DNA from: a virus
Lineage: Duplodnaviria > Heunggongvirae > Uroviricota > Caudoviricetes
Length of the DNA stretch: 43,817 nt
Reading direction: 5' to 3' (one strand)
Virus record (IMG/VR): IMGVR_UViG_2558860161_000008
Coordinates: 1-43,817 of that record
How positions within the stretch are numbered: the stretch's first letter is position 1; the number at the start of each line of letters is the position of its first letter. This document shows positions 8,057 to 17,289 of this stretch, piece after piece. A program made the position numbers and the translations under genes. Under the pieces are notes generated by a model, which saw only the letters and a list, made by a program, of their open reading frames with translations, was not told where the DNA came from and ran no database searches.

Positions 8057-9201
8057 ACAGTTTAACGGCAAATAACCGTTGGTCGCAACAGCAGGTGGTC
8101 AGCGTGGCTGAACACCTGTTGTTACGGCATGAATGCAGATTATCAAATCACCTGGCTGTAAGTAACCACAGAGAACTTTACCTGACTGTGGGGGGCGAGT
8201 TGTGCAGGAACTTAACCGCTGGTTTCGTGACGGAAGAGGACTTTATGTTCATGTTATTCGTTGGGAGCCAGAAACACAGCGCGTTATCTATCTTCGCAAA
8301 GACTACCCGCATGAGTGCTTTAGTCCTTTGTGGAAATTCAGGCGTGATTTTGTTGAGTGTGAAGGACCACCAGCACATTGATTCTGCCATTCCGGGACGT
8401 TACACTGTTCAGGCACCTTATAAAGCGGGTGCCGGGATTGGCGTCCTGGAAATGTTATCGGCGATATATGACGCGCCAGCGTCTTTTTTATCGTCTGCGT
8501 CTGTGCACACCCAAATTATGGTGGGCTGGACGGGGGCACCGAAAGGTGCGCCGGTTTCCGATAACGCCGGTTACGCCAACCCCGTTCAGTTCACCACCAG
8601 CGAAATTGGCGTTTCCGGTGGTGAAGGTAATTCACTGTTATCGGAGACTGCCATCATGGCTACGATCCCAACCCTCACTCAACCTGAAATTGCCATCGTT
8701 GATGGTCAGGCTGTTACTTCATCCCTGGCTGTTGCCAACTTCTTCTCCAAACGTCATGACGATGTACTGAAAAAGATCCGCACGCTTGAATGTTCCGCAT
8801 CATTCACTGCCCGCAATTTTTCGGTGAGTGATTACACCGATTGCACAGGCCGCAAACTACCTTGCTATCAAATAACCCGCGACGGCTTTGCGTTTCTTGC
8901 TATGGGTTTCACGGGTAAACGTGCTGCCCAGTTCAAAGAGGCATACATCAATGCCTTTAACCAGATGGAGAAACAGCTTTCAAAGCCCGCTGTACCGAGC
9001 GACGTTGCACATAACGCCAGCGTTCTCTATTCCTACATTTCATCAATTCATCAGGTCTGGTTGCAGCAGCTTTATCCCATGCTGGAAAAAGCTGAATCAC
9101 CTCTGGCTGTAAGTCTGTATGACCGAATTAACGATGCGGCATTTCTTGCCCGTCTTATTCATTCGTCGCTGAACTCTTCAGAGGTAAGGGGGCGCAAATG
9201 A
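8053..9201 (+). CDS. Rha-family phage regulatory protein with an N-terminal extension
   Basis: C-terminal half matches the Rha domain pattern; internal ATG at 8656 with GGAGA RBS could start a Rha-only product. Confidence 0.55.
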   Translation: MNSLTANNRWSQQQVVSVAEHLLLRHECRLSNHLAVSNHRELYLTVGGELCRNLTAGFVTEEDFMFMLFVGSQKHSALSIFAKTTRMSALVLCGNSGVILLSVKDHQHIDSAIPGRYTVQAPYKAGAGIGVLEMLSAIYDAPASFLSSASVHTQIMVGWTGAPKGAPVSDNAGYANPVQFTTSEIGVSGGEGNSLLSETAIMATIPTLTQPEIAIVDGQAVTSSLAVANFFSKRHDDVLKKIRTLECSASFTARNFSVSDYTDCTGRKLPCYQITRDGFAFLAMGFTGKRAAQFKEAYINAFNQMEKQLSKPAVPSDVAHNASVLYSYISSIHQVWLQQLYPMLEKAESPLAVSLYDRINDAAFLARLIHSSLNSSEVRGRK

Positions 9202-9422
9202 TCCGGAATATTTTCAAACGATTTACCAATCAGACTTTCCGTTGTCCTCGCCCCGGTCAGTGGTACACCACGCCTGCAGGGCATGTTCTACGTGTTAGCC
9301 TGGTTGACCGTGAATGTCAGAAGGTGATTTGTGAACCGCTGGGCCGTAATTACCGCGTCAGTATGCCGCTTATAGCCTTTCGCTCCGGAAAAAACATGAA
9401 GCATCTCGGAGGTGCGGCATGA
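9198..9422 (+). CDS. Small hypothetical protein (74 aa)
   Basis: ORF coupled by overlapping stop/start to both flanking genes. Confidence 0.4.
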   Translation: MIRNIFKRFTNQTFRCPRPGQWYTTPAGHVLRVSLVDRECQKVICEPLGRNYRVSMPLIAFRSGKNMKHLGGAA

Positions 9423-10411
9423 GCCTGTTAATGACATCCCAGCCCATTGTGATAAATCGTGATCTTGCATGCCGTATTGGTCTGAATGAGGCAATTGTGT
9501 TGCAGCAGCTTCATTACTGGCTGAATGAAACGAATTCAGGCACTGAGCATGGCGGAATTCGCTGGGTTTATAACACGACAGAACAGTGGCTGGAGCAGTT
9601 TCCGTTCTGGTCAGAGTCCACTCTGAAACGCACATTTGCAAGCCTGAAATCACTTGGGGTTTTGCGTCGCGAGCAACTCAATAAATCGAAGCGTGACATG
9701 ACCAACTTCTACACGATCAACTATGAAAGTGAGCTTTTAGAAGAGGTCAAAGTGAACGAATCCATCAGGTCAAAATGCACTTCTCCATCGGGTCAAAGTG
9801 ACCTGATGGATGGGCGCAAAATGACACGATCCATTGGTTCAAAACGACACGCTGTCATCGGGTCAAAATGGCCCAATGATCTTACAGAGAATACAACAGA
9901 GATTACTACAGAGAATAAAACCTCTTCTCGTCCGGACGCTTCGCAACCGGACACGCAAACGGCTGAACAGGAGTTTTTAACTCGCCATCCTGATGCGGTT
10001 GTATTCAGCCCTAAAAAGCGCCAGTGGGGAACGCAGGATGATTTGACCTGCGCACAGTGGCTCTGGAAAAAAATCATCGCCCTGTACGAGCAGGCCGCCG
10101 AATGTGACGGCGAGGTGGTTCGTCCCAAAGAACCGAACTGGACAGCCTGGGCAAACGAAATTCGCCTGATGTGTGTGCAGGATGGTCGTACTCACAAACA
10201 AATCTGCGAGATGTACAGCCGCGTCAGCCGCGATCCGTTCTGGTGCCGTAACGTGCTCAGCCCGTCGAAGCTGCGGGAAAAATGGGATGAGCTTTCCCTG
10301 CGCTTATCGCCGTCCGTAAGTACGTACACCGAAAAACGCGAAGACCCGTACTTCAAATCCAGTTACGACAACGTGGACTACAGCCAGATCCCGGCAGGAT
10401 TCAGGGGGTGA
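9419..10411 (+). CDS. Replication initiator (lambda O-like N-terminal domain, DnaT-like C-terminal domain)
   Basis: 330 aa; iteron repeats embedded in the central linker-coding region as in lambda O; position after cro/cII-like genes. Confidence 0.6.
   Translation: MSLLMTSQPIVINRDLACRIGLNEAIVLQQLHYWLNETNSGTEHGGIRWVYNTTEQWLEQFPFWSESTLKRTFASLKSLGVLRREQLNKSKRDMTNFYTINYESELLEEVKVNESIRSKCTSPSGQSDLMDGRKMTRSIGSKRHAVIGSKWPNDLTENTTEITTENKTSSRPDASQPDTQTAEQEFLTRHPDAVVFSPKKRQWGTQDDLTCAQWLWKKIIALYEQAAECDGEVVRPKEPNWTAWANEIRLMCVQDGRTHKQICEMYSRVSRDPFWCRNVLSPSKLREKWDELSLRLSPSVSTYTEKREDPYFKSSYDNVDYSQIPAGFRG
9745..9930. repeat. Candidate replication origin: five RGGTCAAARTG iterons plus ACAGAGA repeats
   Basis: Iterons at 9745-9754, 9768-9777, 9791-9800, 9836-9846 (degenerate), 9861-9870; 11-bp inverted repeat 9762-9772 / 9799-9809; three ACAGAGA repeats in 9883-9925. 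Confidence 0.55.
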
Positions 10412-10413
10412 TC

Positions 10414-10902
10414 ATGAGTCTTTTGAATGAAGTTCAGAAATTCATTGAAGCCCATCCGGGGTGTACTTCCGGAGACATTGCGGATGCTTTTGCAGGTTAC
10501 TCACGGCAGCGCGTTCTGCAGTCAGCAAGCAAGTTACGTCAGAGTGGGCGTGTGGCTCACCGTTGTGAAGGAGATACACGCAGACATTTCTCGCGCCTGA
10601 CTGAGAGAGCGCAGGAGCCGGAACCACAACCAGTTTGTGAAACCAGACCTGTGCGCAAGTTCTATGTCGGCACTAACGCCCCCCGGGTGATTTTGTGCCT
10701 GACCCGCCAGGCTGAAGAACTGGAGTCGAGGGGCTTATACCGTCGTGCTGCAACGGTGTGGATGGAGGCATTCCGTGAAAGCCACTCCCAGCCAGAACGA
10801 AACAATTTTCTGGCGCGTCGTGAACGGTGTTTACGGAAAAGCAGCAAGCGCGCTGCATCGGGTGAAGAGTGGTATCTGTCAGGGAATTACGTGGGGGCTT
10901 AA
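10414..10902 (+). CDS. Hypothetical regulator (possible PerC/ANR-like C-terminal region)
   Basis: ATG at 10414 with AGGGGG RBS; C-terminal LESRGLYRRAATVWMEAF motif reminiscent of PerC/ANR regulators; low certainty. Confidence 0.4.
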   Translation: MSLLNEVQKFIEAHPGCTSGDIADAFAGYSRQRVLQSASKLRQSGRVAHRCEGDTRRHFSRLTERAQEPEPQPVCETRPVRKFYVGTNAPRVILCLTRQAEELESRGLYRRAATVWMEAFRESHSQPERNNFLARRERCLRKSSKRAASGEEWYLSGNYVGA

Positions 10903-11228
10903 TGACTACGTTAACTCAATGCCAGCAGCAGGTGCTGGATATGCTGATTTCTTATCAGAAAGAACGTGGCTTCCCGCCAACCAATCAGGAGGTGGCAACC
11001 ATGCTGGGATACCGTTCAGTGAATGCAGCGGTGGAGCATCTTCGCGCACTGGAGAAAAAAGGCGTCATCACGATAAAGCGTGGCGTGGCCCGGGGGATCA
11101 CGCTTCATACCGCAGTGAAGGACGACGACAGCGAAGCGGTCGGTATCATCCGCGCACTGCTTGCCGGTGAGGAGAACGCCAGGTTGCGTGCAGCCCACTG
11201 GTTACATGAGAGGGGCTTGAAAGTATGA
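10902..11228 (+). CDS. Orphan LexA-type N-terminal DNA-binding domain protein (no peptidase domain)
   Basis: 108 aa; closely resembles the LexA winged-helix DNA-binding domain (LTQRQQEVF...[36 protein letters not shown]); TAATG coupling to the upstream gene. Confidence 0.55.
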   Translation: MTTLTQCQQQVLDMLISYQKERGFPPTNQEVATMLGYRSVNAAVEHLRALEKKGVITIKRGVARGITLHTAVKDDDSEAVGIIRALLAGEENARLRAAHWLHERGLKV

Positions 11229-11614
11229 AGTTGATCCTTCCTTTCCCGCCCAGTGTGAACACGTACTGGCGACACCCCAACAAAGGGGCATTTGCTGGTA
11301 AGAGCCTGATAAGCGAGGCGGGGCGAAAATTTCAGAGCGCGGCGTGTGCCGCCATCATTGAGCAGTTACGTCGTCTGCCGAAACCAACGTCGGCACCTGC
11401 TTCAGTGGAGATCGTGTTGTTTCCTCCGGATAACCGGATCCGCGATCTGGACAACTATAACAAGGCGCTGTTTGACGCCCTGACCCACGCGGGTGTGTGG
11501 GAAGACGACAGACAGGTGAAAAGAATGCTGGTGGAGTGGGGACCGGTTATCCCGAAAGGGAAGGTCGAGATCACTATCAGTAAGTATGAGAAACCGGCGG
11601 GTGCAGCCGCCTGA
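11225..11614 (+). CDS. rusA: RusA Holliday-junction resolvase
   Basis: 129 aa; N-terminal LPFPPSVNTYWR and conserved acidic residues typical of RusA. Confidence 0.8.
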   Translation: MKLILPFPPSVNTYWRHPNKGAFAGKSLISEAGRKFQSAACAAIIEQLRRLPKPTSAPASVEIVLFPPDNRIRDLDNYNKALFDALTHAGVWEDDRQVKRMLVEWGPVIPKGKVEITISKYEKPAGAAA

Positions 11615-11633
11615 TTAAGAGGAGAAACGAAGT

Positions 11634-12443
11634 ATGAATAATCTGATGGTCATTGATGGTATTGAAGTTCGTCGTGATGCTTATGGGCGTTACAGCCTGA
11701 ACGATCTGCATCGCGCAGCAGTAGCATCTGGTGCAAATGCCAGAACTAAGGAGCCAGGAAAGTTTCTTTCCAGCCAACAAACTGTTGAGCTTGTTCATGA
11801 ATTGACCAATACCCAGAATTTGGGTGTTGACCCGGTGAGTGTGATTCATGGGGGAAATGAACGGGGAACGTATGTCTGCAAGGAACTGGTGTATGCCTAT
11901 GCAATGTGGATCAGCCCGTCATTCCATCTGAAGGTGATCCGTACTTTCGATATGGTAACCAGCGCACCGGAAAAATTATCCGGGCAGGCTGCTGACAAGA
12001 TGCAGGCTGGCGTGATCCTGCTGGACTTTATGCGCCGGGAGTTAAACCTGTCTAACTCTTCAGTGCTTGGTGCCTGTCAGAAACTCCAGGAGGCTGTTGG
12101 CTTACCGAATCTGGCACCGCGCTATGCCATTGATGCTCCTGCTGACGCGCCTGATGGCTCAAGCCGCCCCACGCTGTCACTGAGTGCACTGCTCAAGCAG
12201 TATGGTATCCGCCTGACAGCTAATCAGGCATATCACCAGATGGTGAAGCTGGGGATCGTCGAGCAGCGCGAACGATACAGCCGTACCGGGATTAACAACA
12301 TCAAAAAATTCTGGTCGCTGACGGCGAAAGGCTGCATGTTCGGCAAGAACATCACCAGTCCCGCAAATCCGCGCGAGACGCAGCCGCATTTCTTCGAATC
12401 CCGATTCCCTGAGCTGTTAAAGCTGCTCGATACCGTTCATTGA
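11634..12443 (+). CDS. KilA-N domain protein (antirepressor-like)
   Basis: 269 aa; N-terminal KilA-N-like region. Confidence 0.5.
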   Translation: MNNLMVIDGIEVRRDAYGRYSLNDLHRAAVASGANARTKEPGKFLSSQQTVELVHELTNTQNLGVDPVSVIHGGNERGTYVCKELVYAYAMWISPSFHLKVIRTFDMVTSAPEKLSGQAADKMQAGVILLDFMRRELNLSNSSVLGACQKLQEAVGLPNLAPRYAIDAPADAPDGSSRPTLSLSALLKQYGIRLTANQAYHQMVKLGIVEQRERYSRTGINNIKKFWSLTAKGCMFGKNITSPANPRETQPHFFESRFPELLKLLDTVH

Positions 12444-12444
12444 G

Positions 12445-13440
12445 GTGACCGTGAGAGCACTACTGACCCCTGAAATTGCCCCGCGTATGGGGATCGTATT
12501 GTTCAGACCCGGTTCAGAGCTGATGCCCCTGTTTATGCAGGGGCGTGTCCTGCTGGAGCCTGAGCCAGAACGTTATTCATCTTTTGCCAGTGGTGCCGTT
12601 CCGGCGGCATCACAACCGCTGGCGGATGATCCTGCTGTTCGGGCCGTGTTCCGCAATGAGGCAGTGATCCGTCGTGCTGGTGGCGTGGAATGTCTTGAAA
12701 GCTGGTTACTTCGTGAAAAAGGCTGCCAGTGGCCTCATTCCGACTGGCACAGCGAGAACATGACAACAATGCGTCACGCGCCGGGCGCAATCCGTCTGTG
12801 CTGGCACTGCGATAACCAGCTGCGCGATCAGTTCACGGAACGGCTGGAATCAATGGCAACGGATAACTGTGCCCGCTGGGTGTTGTCTGTCGTGCGTCGG
12901 GATCTCGGTTTTGATGATAGTCACGTTGTGACAATGCCGGAACTGTGCTGGTGGCTGGTTCGTAATGATCTGGCGGATGCCTTACCTGAAAGTGCAGCCC
13001 GTAAGGCACTGAGATTACCGAAGCCTGTTGTGCCGTCTGTCACCCGGGAGAGTGACCTTGTTCCTTCGGTTCCGGCCACCAGCATCATCCAGAATAAAGC
13101 GAAAAAGGTGCTGGCGCTGAAAGTGGATCCGGAGTCGCCGGAGTCTTTTATGTTACGCCCAAAACGTCGCCGCTGGGTTAACGAAAAGTACACGCGCTGG
13201 GTTAAGACGCAGCCGTGTGCATGTTGTGGAAAGCCTGCTGATGATCCCCACCACCTGATAGGCCACGGTCAGGGGGGAATGGGTACAAAAGCGCATGACC
13301 TCTTTGTGTTGCCTTTGTGCAGAAAGCATCACGACGAGCTGCATGCGGATACCGTGGCATTTGAAGAGAAGTATGGCTCCCAGCTGGAGCTGATATTTCG
13401 TTTTATCGATCGTGCGCTGGCAATAGGCGTACTGGCGTAA
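12445..13440 (+). CDS. DUF968 (YdfU-like) protein
   Basis: 331 aa; C-terminal CxxC...HH...C..HH zinc/HNH-like motif typical of DUF968; GTG start assumed. Confidence 0.6.
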   Translation: MTVRALLTPEIAPRMGIVLFRPGSELMPLFMQGRVLLEPEPERYSSFASGAVPAASQPLADDPAVRAVFRNEAVIRRAGGVECLESWLLREKGCQWPHSDWHSENMTTMRHAPGAIRLCWHCDNQLRDQFTERLESMATDNCARWVLSVVRRDLGFDDSHVVTMPELCWWLVRNDLADALPESAARKALRLPKPVVPSVTRESDLVPSVPATSIIQNKAKKVLALKVDPESPESFMLRPKRRRWVNEKYTRWVKTQPCACCGKPADDPHHLIGHGQGGMGTKAHDLFVLPLCRKHHDELHADTVAFEEKYGSQLELIFRFIDRALAIGVLA

Positions 13441-13453
13441 GTGGAGAATGAGC

Positions 13454-14206
13454 ATGAACCTTGAAGCCTTACCAAAATATTACTCCCCAAAATCTCCAAA
13501 ACTGAGCGATGACGCACCGGCGACAGGCTCTGGTGGTTTAACGATTACGGATGTGATGGCTGCGCAGGGGATGGTGCAGTCGAAAGCACCACTGGGTTTT
13601 GCCTTATTCCTGGCAAAAGTTGGTGTTCAGGATCCTCAGTTTGCGATTGAAGGTCTGCTCAATTACGCGATGGCACTGGATAACCCGACATTGAATAAAT
13701 TGAGTGAAGAAATCCGGTTACAGATCATCCCTTACCTTGTGAATTTTGCCTTTGCTGATTATTCCAGGTCTGCGGCAAGTAAGGCTCGCTGTGAGCATTG
13801 TGCAGGTACTGGATTTCATAATGTATTGCGCGAAGTGGTGAAACACTCCAGAAGCGGTGAATCTGTTATCAAGGAGGAGTGGGTGAAGGAACTATGTCAG
13901 CATTGTCATGGTAAGGGAGAAGTCAGCACAGCGTGCAGAGGGTGTAAGGGTAAAGGTATTGTCCTGGATGAAAAAAGGACCCGGCTTCATGGCACGCCTG
14001 TTTATAAGATTTGTGGGCGTTGCAATGGAAACCGGTTTAGCCGTTTACCAACCACACTGGCGCGGCATCATGTCCAGAAGCTGGTACCAGACCTGACGGA
14101 TTATCAGTGGTACAAAGGATATGCAGATGTCATTGATAAACTGGTTACAAAGTGCTGGCAGGAAGAAGCATATGCAGAGATACAATTGAGAAAGGTGACA
14201 AGATAA
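13454..14206 (+). CDS. Late-gene antitermination protein Q
   Basis: Cys-rich zinc-binding motifs (CEHCAGTG, CQHCHGKG, CRGCKGKG, CGRCNG); followed by a pR'-like promoter and tR' hairpin. Confidence 0.65.
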   Translation: MNLEALPKYYSPKSPKLSDDAPATGSGGLTITDVMAAQGMVQSKAPLGFALFLAKVGVQDPQFAIEGLLNYAMALDNPTLNKLSEEIRLQIIPYLVNFAFADYSRSAASKARCEHCAGTGFHNVLREVVKHSRSGESVIKEEWVKELCQHCHGKGEVSTACRGCKGKGIVLDEKRTRLHGTPVYKICGRCNGNRFSRLPTTLARHHVQKLVPDLTDYQWYKGYADVIDKLVTKCWQEEAYAEIQLRKVTR

Positions 14207-14241
14207 ATGGTTTTCGCCGAAGATGACGACATGATGCTTGC

Positions 14242-14272
14242 ATTTTTCAAAAAATATGGATAAGATTTTTCC
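14242..14272 (+). promoter_or_regulatory. Candidate late promoter pR'
   Basis: TTGCAT - 17 nt - TAAGAT immediately downstream of the Q gene. Confidence 0.4.
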
Positions 14273-14315
14273 AACGATGGGCTTTGTATGTCTACCGTTG
14301 ATAAGATTTAGGAAC

Positions 14316-14340
14316 CCGCCACTGAGCGGGTTTTTTGTAC
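14316..14340 (+). terminator. tR'-like rho-independent terminator
   Basis: CCCGCC-actga-GCGGG hairpin followed by TTTTTTGT. Confidence 0.5.
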
Positions 14341-14434
14341 CTGTAAACTTGGTGCAGTACAGTAAACACGCTGGTGGTCGTGAATACTGACTTTTTATCT
14401 TGCTGGATTTTTAGACAAGAGTTATTGGTATGTC

Positions 14435-14662
14435 ATGTTAACCAGAAGGGAAAAAGACATGCTAAAACAGCAAGATATTACAGAAACCGCCGCCGCAGTC
14501 CTTCATTTCTTACCTGCTGACAAGTGGGTAACGCCATGCATGATGACGAGAACTACCGGAGTAAGCGAAGCCCGGTGCCAGTTAATACTGACTCAGTTAG
14601 TTCTGGCGGGTCTGGCGAAGGATAACGGCGGGTACGGGAATAAATTCAGACGCTGCCAGTAA
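14435..14662 (+). CDS. Small hypothetical protein (possible winged-helix)
   Basis: 75-aa ORF; start may be an internal Met at 14459. Confidence 0.4.
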   Translation: MLTRREKDMLKQQDITETAAAVLHFLPADKWVTPCMMTRTTGVSEARCQLILTQLVLAGLAKDNGGYGNKFRRCQ

Positions 14663-14812
14663 TGGCGGTTTCCTGCTGTGAAAATGGGCGGCTGGTGGGT
14701 GTTGTAGCACCCAACCAGCCATTAGCTCATGCTTTCAGGTCACAAGCTAACCAAGGCCCACTGCTTTAGCGCAAAAGCATAGTGAGCCTATCAGAGTTAC
14801 GCTTACGGATCT

Positions 14813-15865
14813 ATGAAAAATACTGTAAATATAAACAGTGTTGAGCTTATCAACGCTGACTGCCTGCAATACCTCGCAACCCTCCCAGATAACACCATCG
14901 ACCTTATTGTTACGGATCCGCCTTATTTTAAGGTGAAGCCGAACGGCTGGGATAATCAGTGGAACGGTGACGCCGACTATCTTCGCTGGCTTGATATGTG
15001 TCTTGCCCAGTTCTGGCGAGTGCTTAAGCCTGCCGGCAGCCTGTATTTGTTTTCAGGTCACCGACTTGCATCCGATATTGAGATCATGATGCGTGAACGC
15101 TTCAACGTCATGAACCACATTATCTGGGCGAAGCCATCAGGGCGTTGGAACGGTTGTAATAAAGAAAGCCTGCGCTCTTACTTCCCCGCGACGGAACGCA
15201 TCCTTTTCGCTGAGCATTATCAGGGGCCATATAAGCCGAAAAGCGACGGATTTGCTGAGAAAAGCAACGAGGTCAAACAGCACGTCATGGCTCCGTTAAT
15301 CACCTACTTTCGTGATGCACGAGCCGAACTGGGGGTCACGTCCAGGCAAATAGCTGACGCTACCGGAAAGAAAAATATGGCGTCTCATTGGTTCGGTACC
15401 AGTCAGTGGCAACTACCAAACGAGCAGGATTACGAAAAGCTGCAGGAATTGTTCACTCAGATCGCCATTGAGAAGCACCGCGCCTCTGAACTCAAAGCAC
15501 CGCATCACCAGCTGGTGGCCACATGGCATTCGTTGAACCGGAAATACCTTGATCTGCTGGAAGAGTACAAATCTCTTCGGCGGCATTTCTCTGTGACAGT
15601 AGCCGTGCCCTATACAGACGTCTGGACACATAAACCCGTCCAGTTCTATCCAGGCAAACACCCGTGCGAAAAGCCCGCTGATATGTTGCGGCAAATCATC
15701 AACGCCAGCAGCAGGCCCGGCGATGTGGTAGCTGATTTCTTTATGGGCTCGGGATCAACTGTTAAAGCAGCCATTGAACTGGGCCGCCAGGCTATCGGCG
15801 TAGAACTGGAAGAGGAACGTTTCAACCAGACGGTAAGTGAGGTAAGGCAGCTGGCATGGGAATAA
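14813..15865 (+). CDS. Orphan DNA methyltransferase (N6-adenine/N4-cytosine type, DPPY motif)
   Basis: 350 aa; N-terminal DPPY catalytic motif and C-terminal FMGSGST AdoMet-binding motif. Confidence 0.8.
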   Translation: MKNTVNINSVELINADCLQYLATLPDNTIDLIVTDPPYFKVKPNGWDNQWNGDADYLRWLDMCLAQFWRVLKPAGSLYLFSGHRLASDIEIMMRERFNVMNHIIWAKPSGRWNGCNKESLRSYFPATERILFAEHYQGPYKPKSDGFAEKSNEVKQHVMAPLITYFRDARAELGVTSRQIADATGKKNMASHWFGTSQWQLPNEQDYEKLQELFTQIAIEKHRASELKAPHHQLVATWHSLNRKYLDLLEEYKSLRRHFSVTVAVPYTDVWTHKPVQFYPGKHPCEKPADMLRQIINASSRPGDVVADFFMGSGSTVKAAIELGRQAIGVELEEERFNQTVSEVRQLAWE

Positions 15866-15871
15866 AAGCTT

Positions 15872-15897
15872 GGGTCGCTATCGCGGCCCTTTTTATT
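15872..15897 (+). terminator. Hairpin plus T-run downstream of the methyltransferase gene
   Basis: GGGTCGC...GCGGCCC stem followed by TTTTTATT. Confidence 0.4.
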
Positions 15898-15935
15898 ACC
15901 TCAACTGGACACCCGCAACGTAGCGAGGTGAGAGC

Positions 15936-16151
15936 ATGTATCGAATGGAAAAAATCACGACGGGTATTGCATACGGCGCATCGGGAGGGGGGGCCGGATA
16001 CTGGTTGCTCCAGCTCCTAGATAAAGTCTCCCCATCTCAATGGGCGGCCATTGGTGTGCTCGGTAGCCTCATGTTTGGTTTGCTGACGTGGTTAACGAGT
16101 CTGTACTTCCAAATCAAAGCGGATCGCCGCAAAGCTGCGCGGGGTGAATGA
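15936..16151 (+). CDS. Holin, S21-type pinholin
   Basis: 71 aa; near-identical pattern to the phage 21 pinholin (TGIAYG...[14 protein letters not shown]...DRRKAARGE). Confidence 0.8.
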   Translation: MYRMEKITTGIAYGASGGGAGYWLLQLLDKVSPSQWAAIGVLGSLMFGLLTWLTSLYFQIKADRRKAARGE

Positions 16152-16687
16152 TGTCGAACAAAGCAAAGCTCAGCGCAGCAGTGCTGGCGCTAATCGCGTC
16201 AGGGGCATCTGCTCCACTCATTTTCGACCAATTCATCAGCGAGAAAGAAGGCAATGCGCTGTTGGCCGTTGTTGATCCGGGTGGGGTCTGGTCTTTATGT
16301 CACGGCGTGACCGTTATCGATGGCAGGCGTGTTGTTAAGGGCATGACGGCCACTGAGGAACAATGCCGGAAGGTTAACGCTATTGAACGCGATAAGGCAT
16401 TAGCCTGGGTTGATCGCAATATCAAAGTGCCTCTGACAGAGCCACAGAAGGTGGGTATCGCATCCTTCTGCCCGTATAACATCGGCCCCGGTAAATGCTT
16501 CCCATCGACCTTCTATAAGCGCATCAACGCAGGTGACCGCATCGGTGCATGCGAGGCAATCCGCTGGTGGATTAAAGACGGTGGCCGTGATTGCCGTCTA
16601 ACCAAAGGCCAGAAGAATGGCTGCTATGGTCAGGTTGAGAGACGGGACCAGGAAAGCGCGCTGGCGTGCTGGGGGTTAGACCAATGA
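16148..16687 (+). CDS. SAR endolysin (lysozyme)
   Basis: 179 aa; Gly/Ala-rich N-terminal signal-anchor-release segment and lysozyme-like core; overlaps the holin stop. Confidence 0.8.
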   Translation: MMSNKAKLSAAVLALIASGASAPLIFDQFISEKEGNALLAVVDPGGVWSLCHGVTVIDGRRVVKGMTATEEQCRKVNAIERDKALAWVDRNIKVPLTEPQKVGIASFCPYNIGPGKCFPSTFYKRINAGDRIGACEAIRWWIKDGGRDCRLTKGQKNGCYGQVERRDQESALACWGLDQ

Positions 16688-17205
16688 AAATTAATCCGGG
16701 TCTTATAGGCGTTGTTGTTATTGCTGTCCTTTCGGTCGCTCTCGCTAAGAGTTGCTCCAACGCCAGTCGCCTTCAGAGCGATAACGACGTTCTGCGAAGT
16801 GACAACTCTATGCAGGGGCAGGTGATCGCCACCCAGGCATTCAACTTCAATCGGTTCAATCAGGTTGCAGAACATGCCAACAGGCTAAACTCCCTGATCG
16901 ACACCAGCACCGAAGAAACTGTAATCGAATACCGGGAGATTCTCCGCCGTGAAAAAACCTGTGATCTGCCTGTTCCTGCTGATGTCGCTGGTGGGCTGCT
17001 CGAATACGCGCACCGTTTACGTGCCAGCGCAATGCACGCCGATACCGACGGACCTAACGCAGCCGATGATAGTACCGCTGCCGCCGGCTCAATAACGTAC
17101 TGCCAGGCTGTGCTCTGGATTAAGCCGCTACTGGCAACGATAGAAAAGGGTAATAACAATTTTTCCGGTATACGGGAGATTGAGAATAACCGCGCAATGC
17201 GATAA
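16684..17205 (+). CDS. Spanin, Rz-like inner-membrane subunit
   Basis: N-terminal TM segment (LIGVVVIAVLSVALA) then coiled-coil periplasmic region; ATGA coupling to the endolysin gene. Confidence 0.55.
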   Translation: MKINPGLIGVVVIAVLSVALAKSCSNASRLQSDNDVLRSDNSMQGQVIATQAFNFNRFNQVAEHANRLNSLIDTSTEETVIEYREILRREKTCDLPVPADVAGGLLEYAHRLRASAMHADTDGPNAADDSTAAAGSITYCQAVLWIKPLLATIEKGNNNFSGIREIENNRAMR

Positions 17206-17289
17206 CTATCACAGTTTCACTCGGTGGTTAGCTTGATAAGGATAAAAAGGACTCCATGATGTAGATTCTGATGCTAATAAGGATAAAAA

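Noticed and set aside
8378-8770. Alternative-frame 130-aa ORF inside the Rha-family gene
   Set aside because: Arg-rich, low-complexity translation in a second frame of a better-supported gene.
14663-14812. tRNA gene downstream of Q, as often found in lambdoid prophages
   Set aside because: No cloverleaf-compatible sequence or T-loop motif; only a simple hairpin is present.
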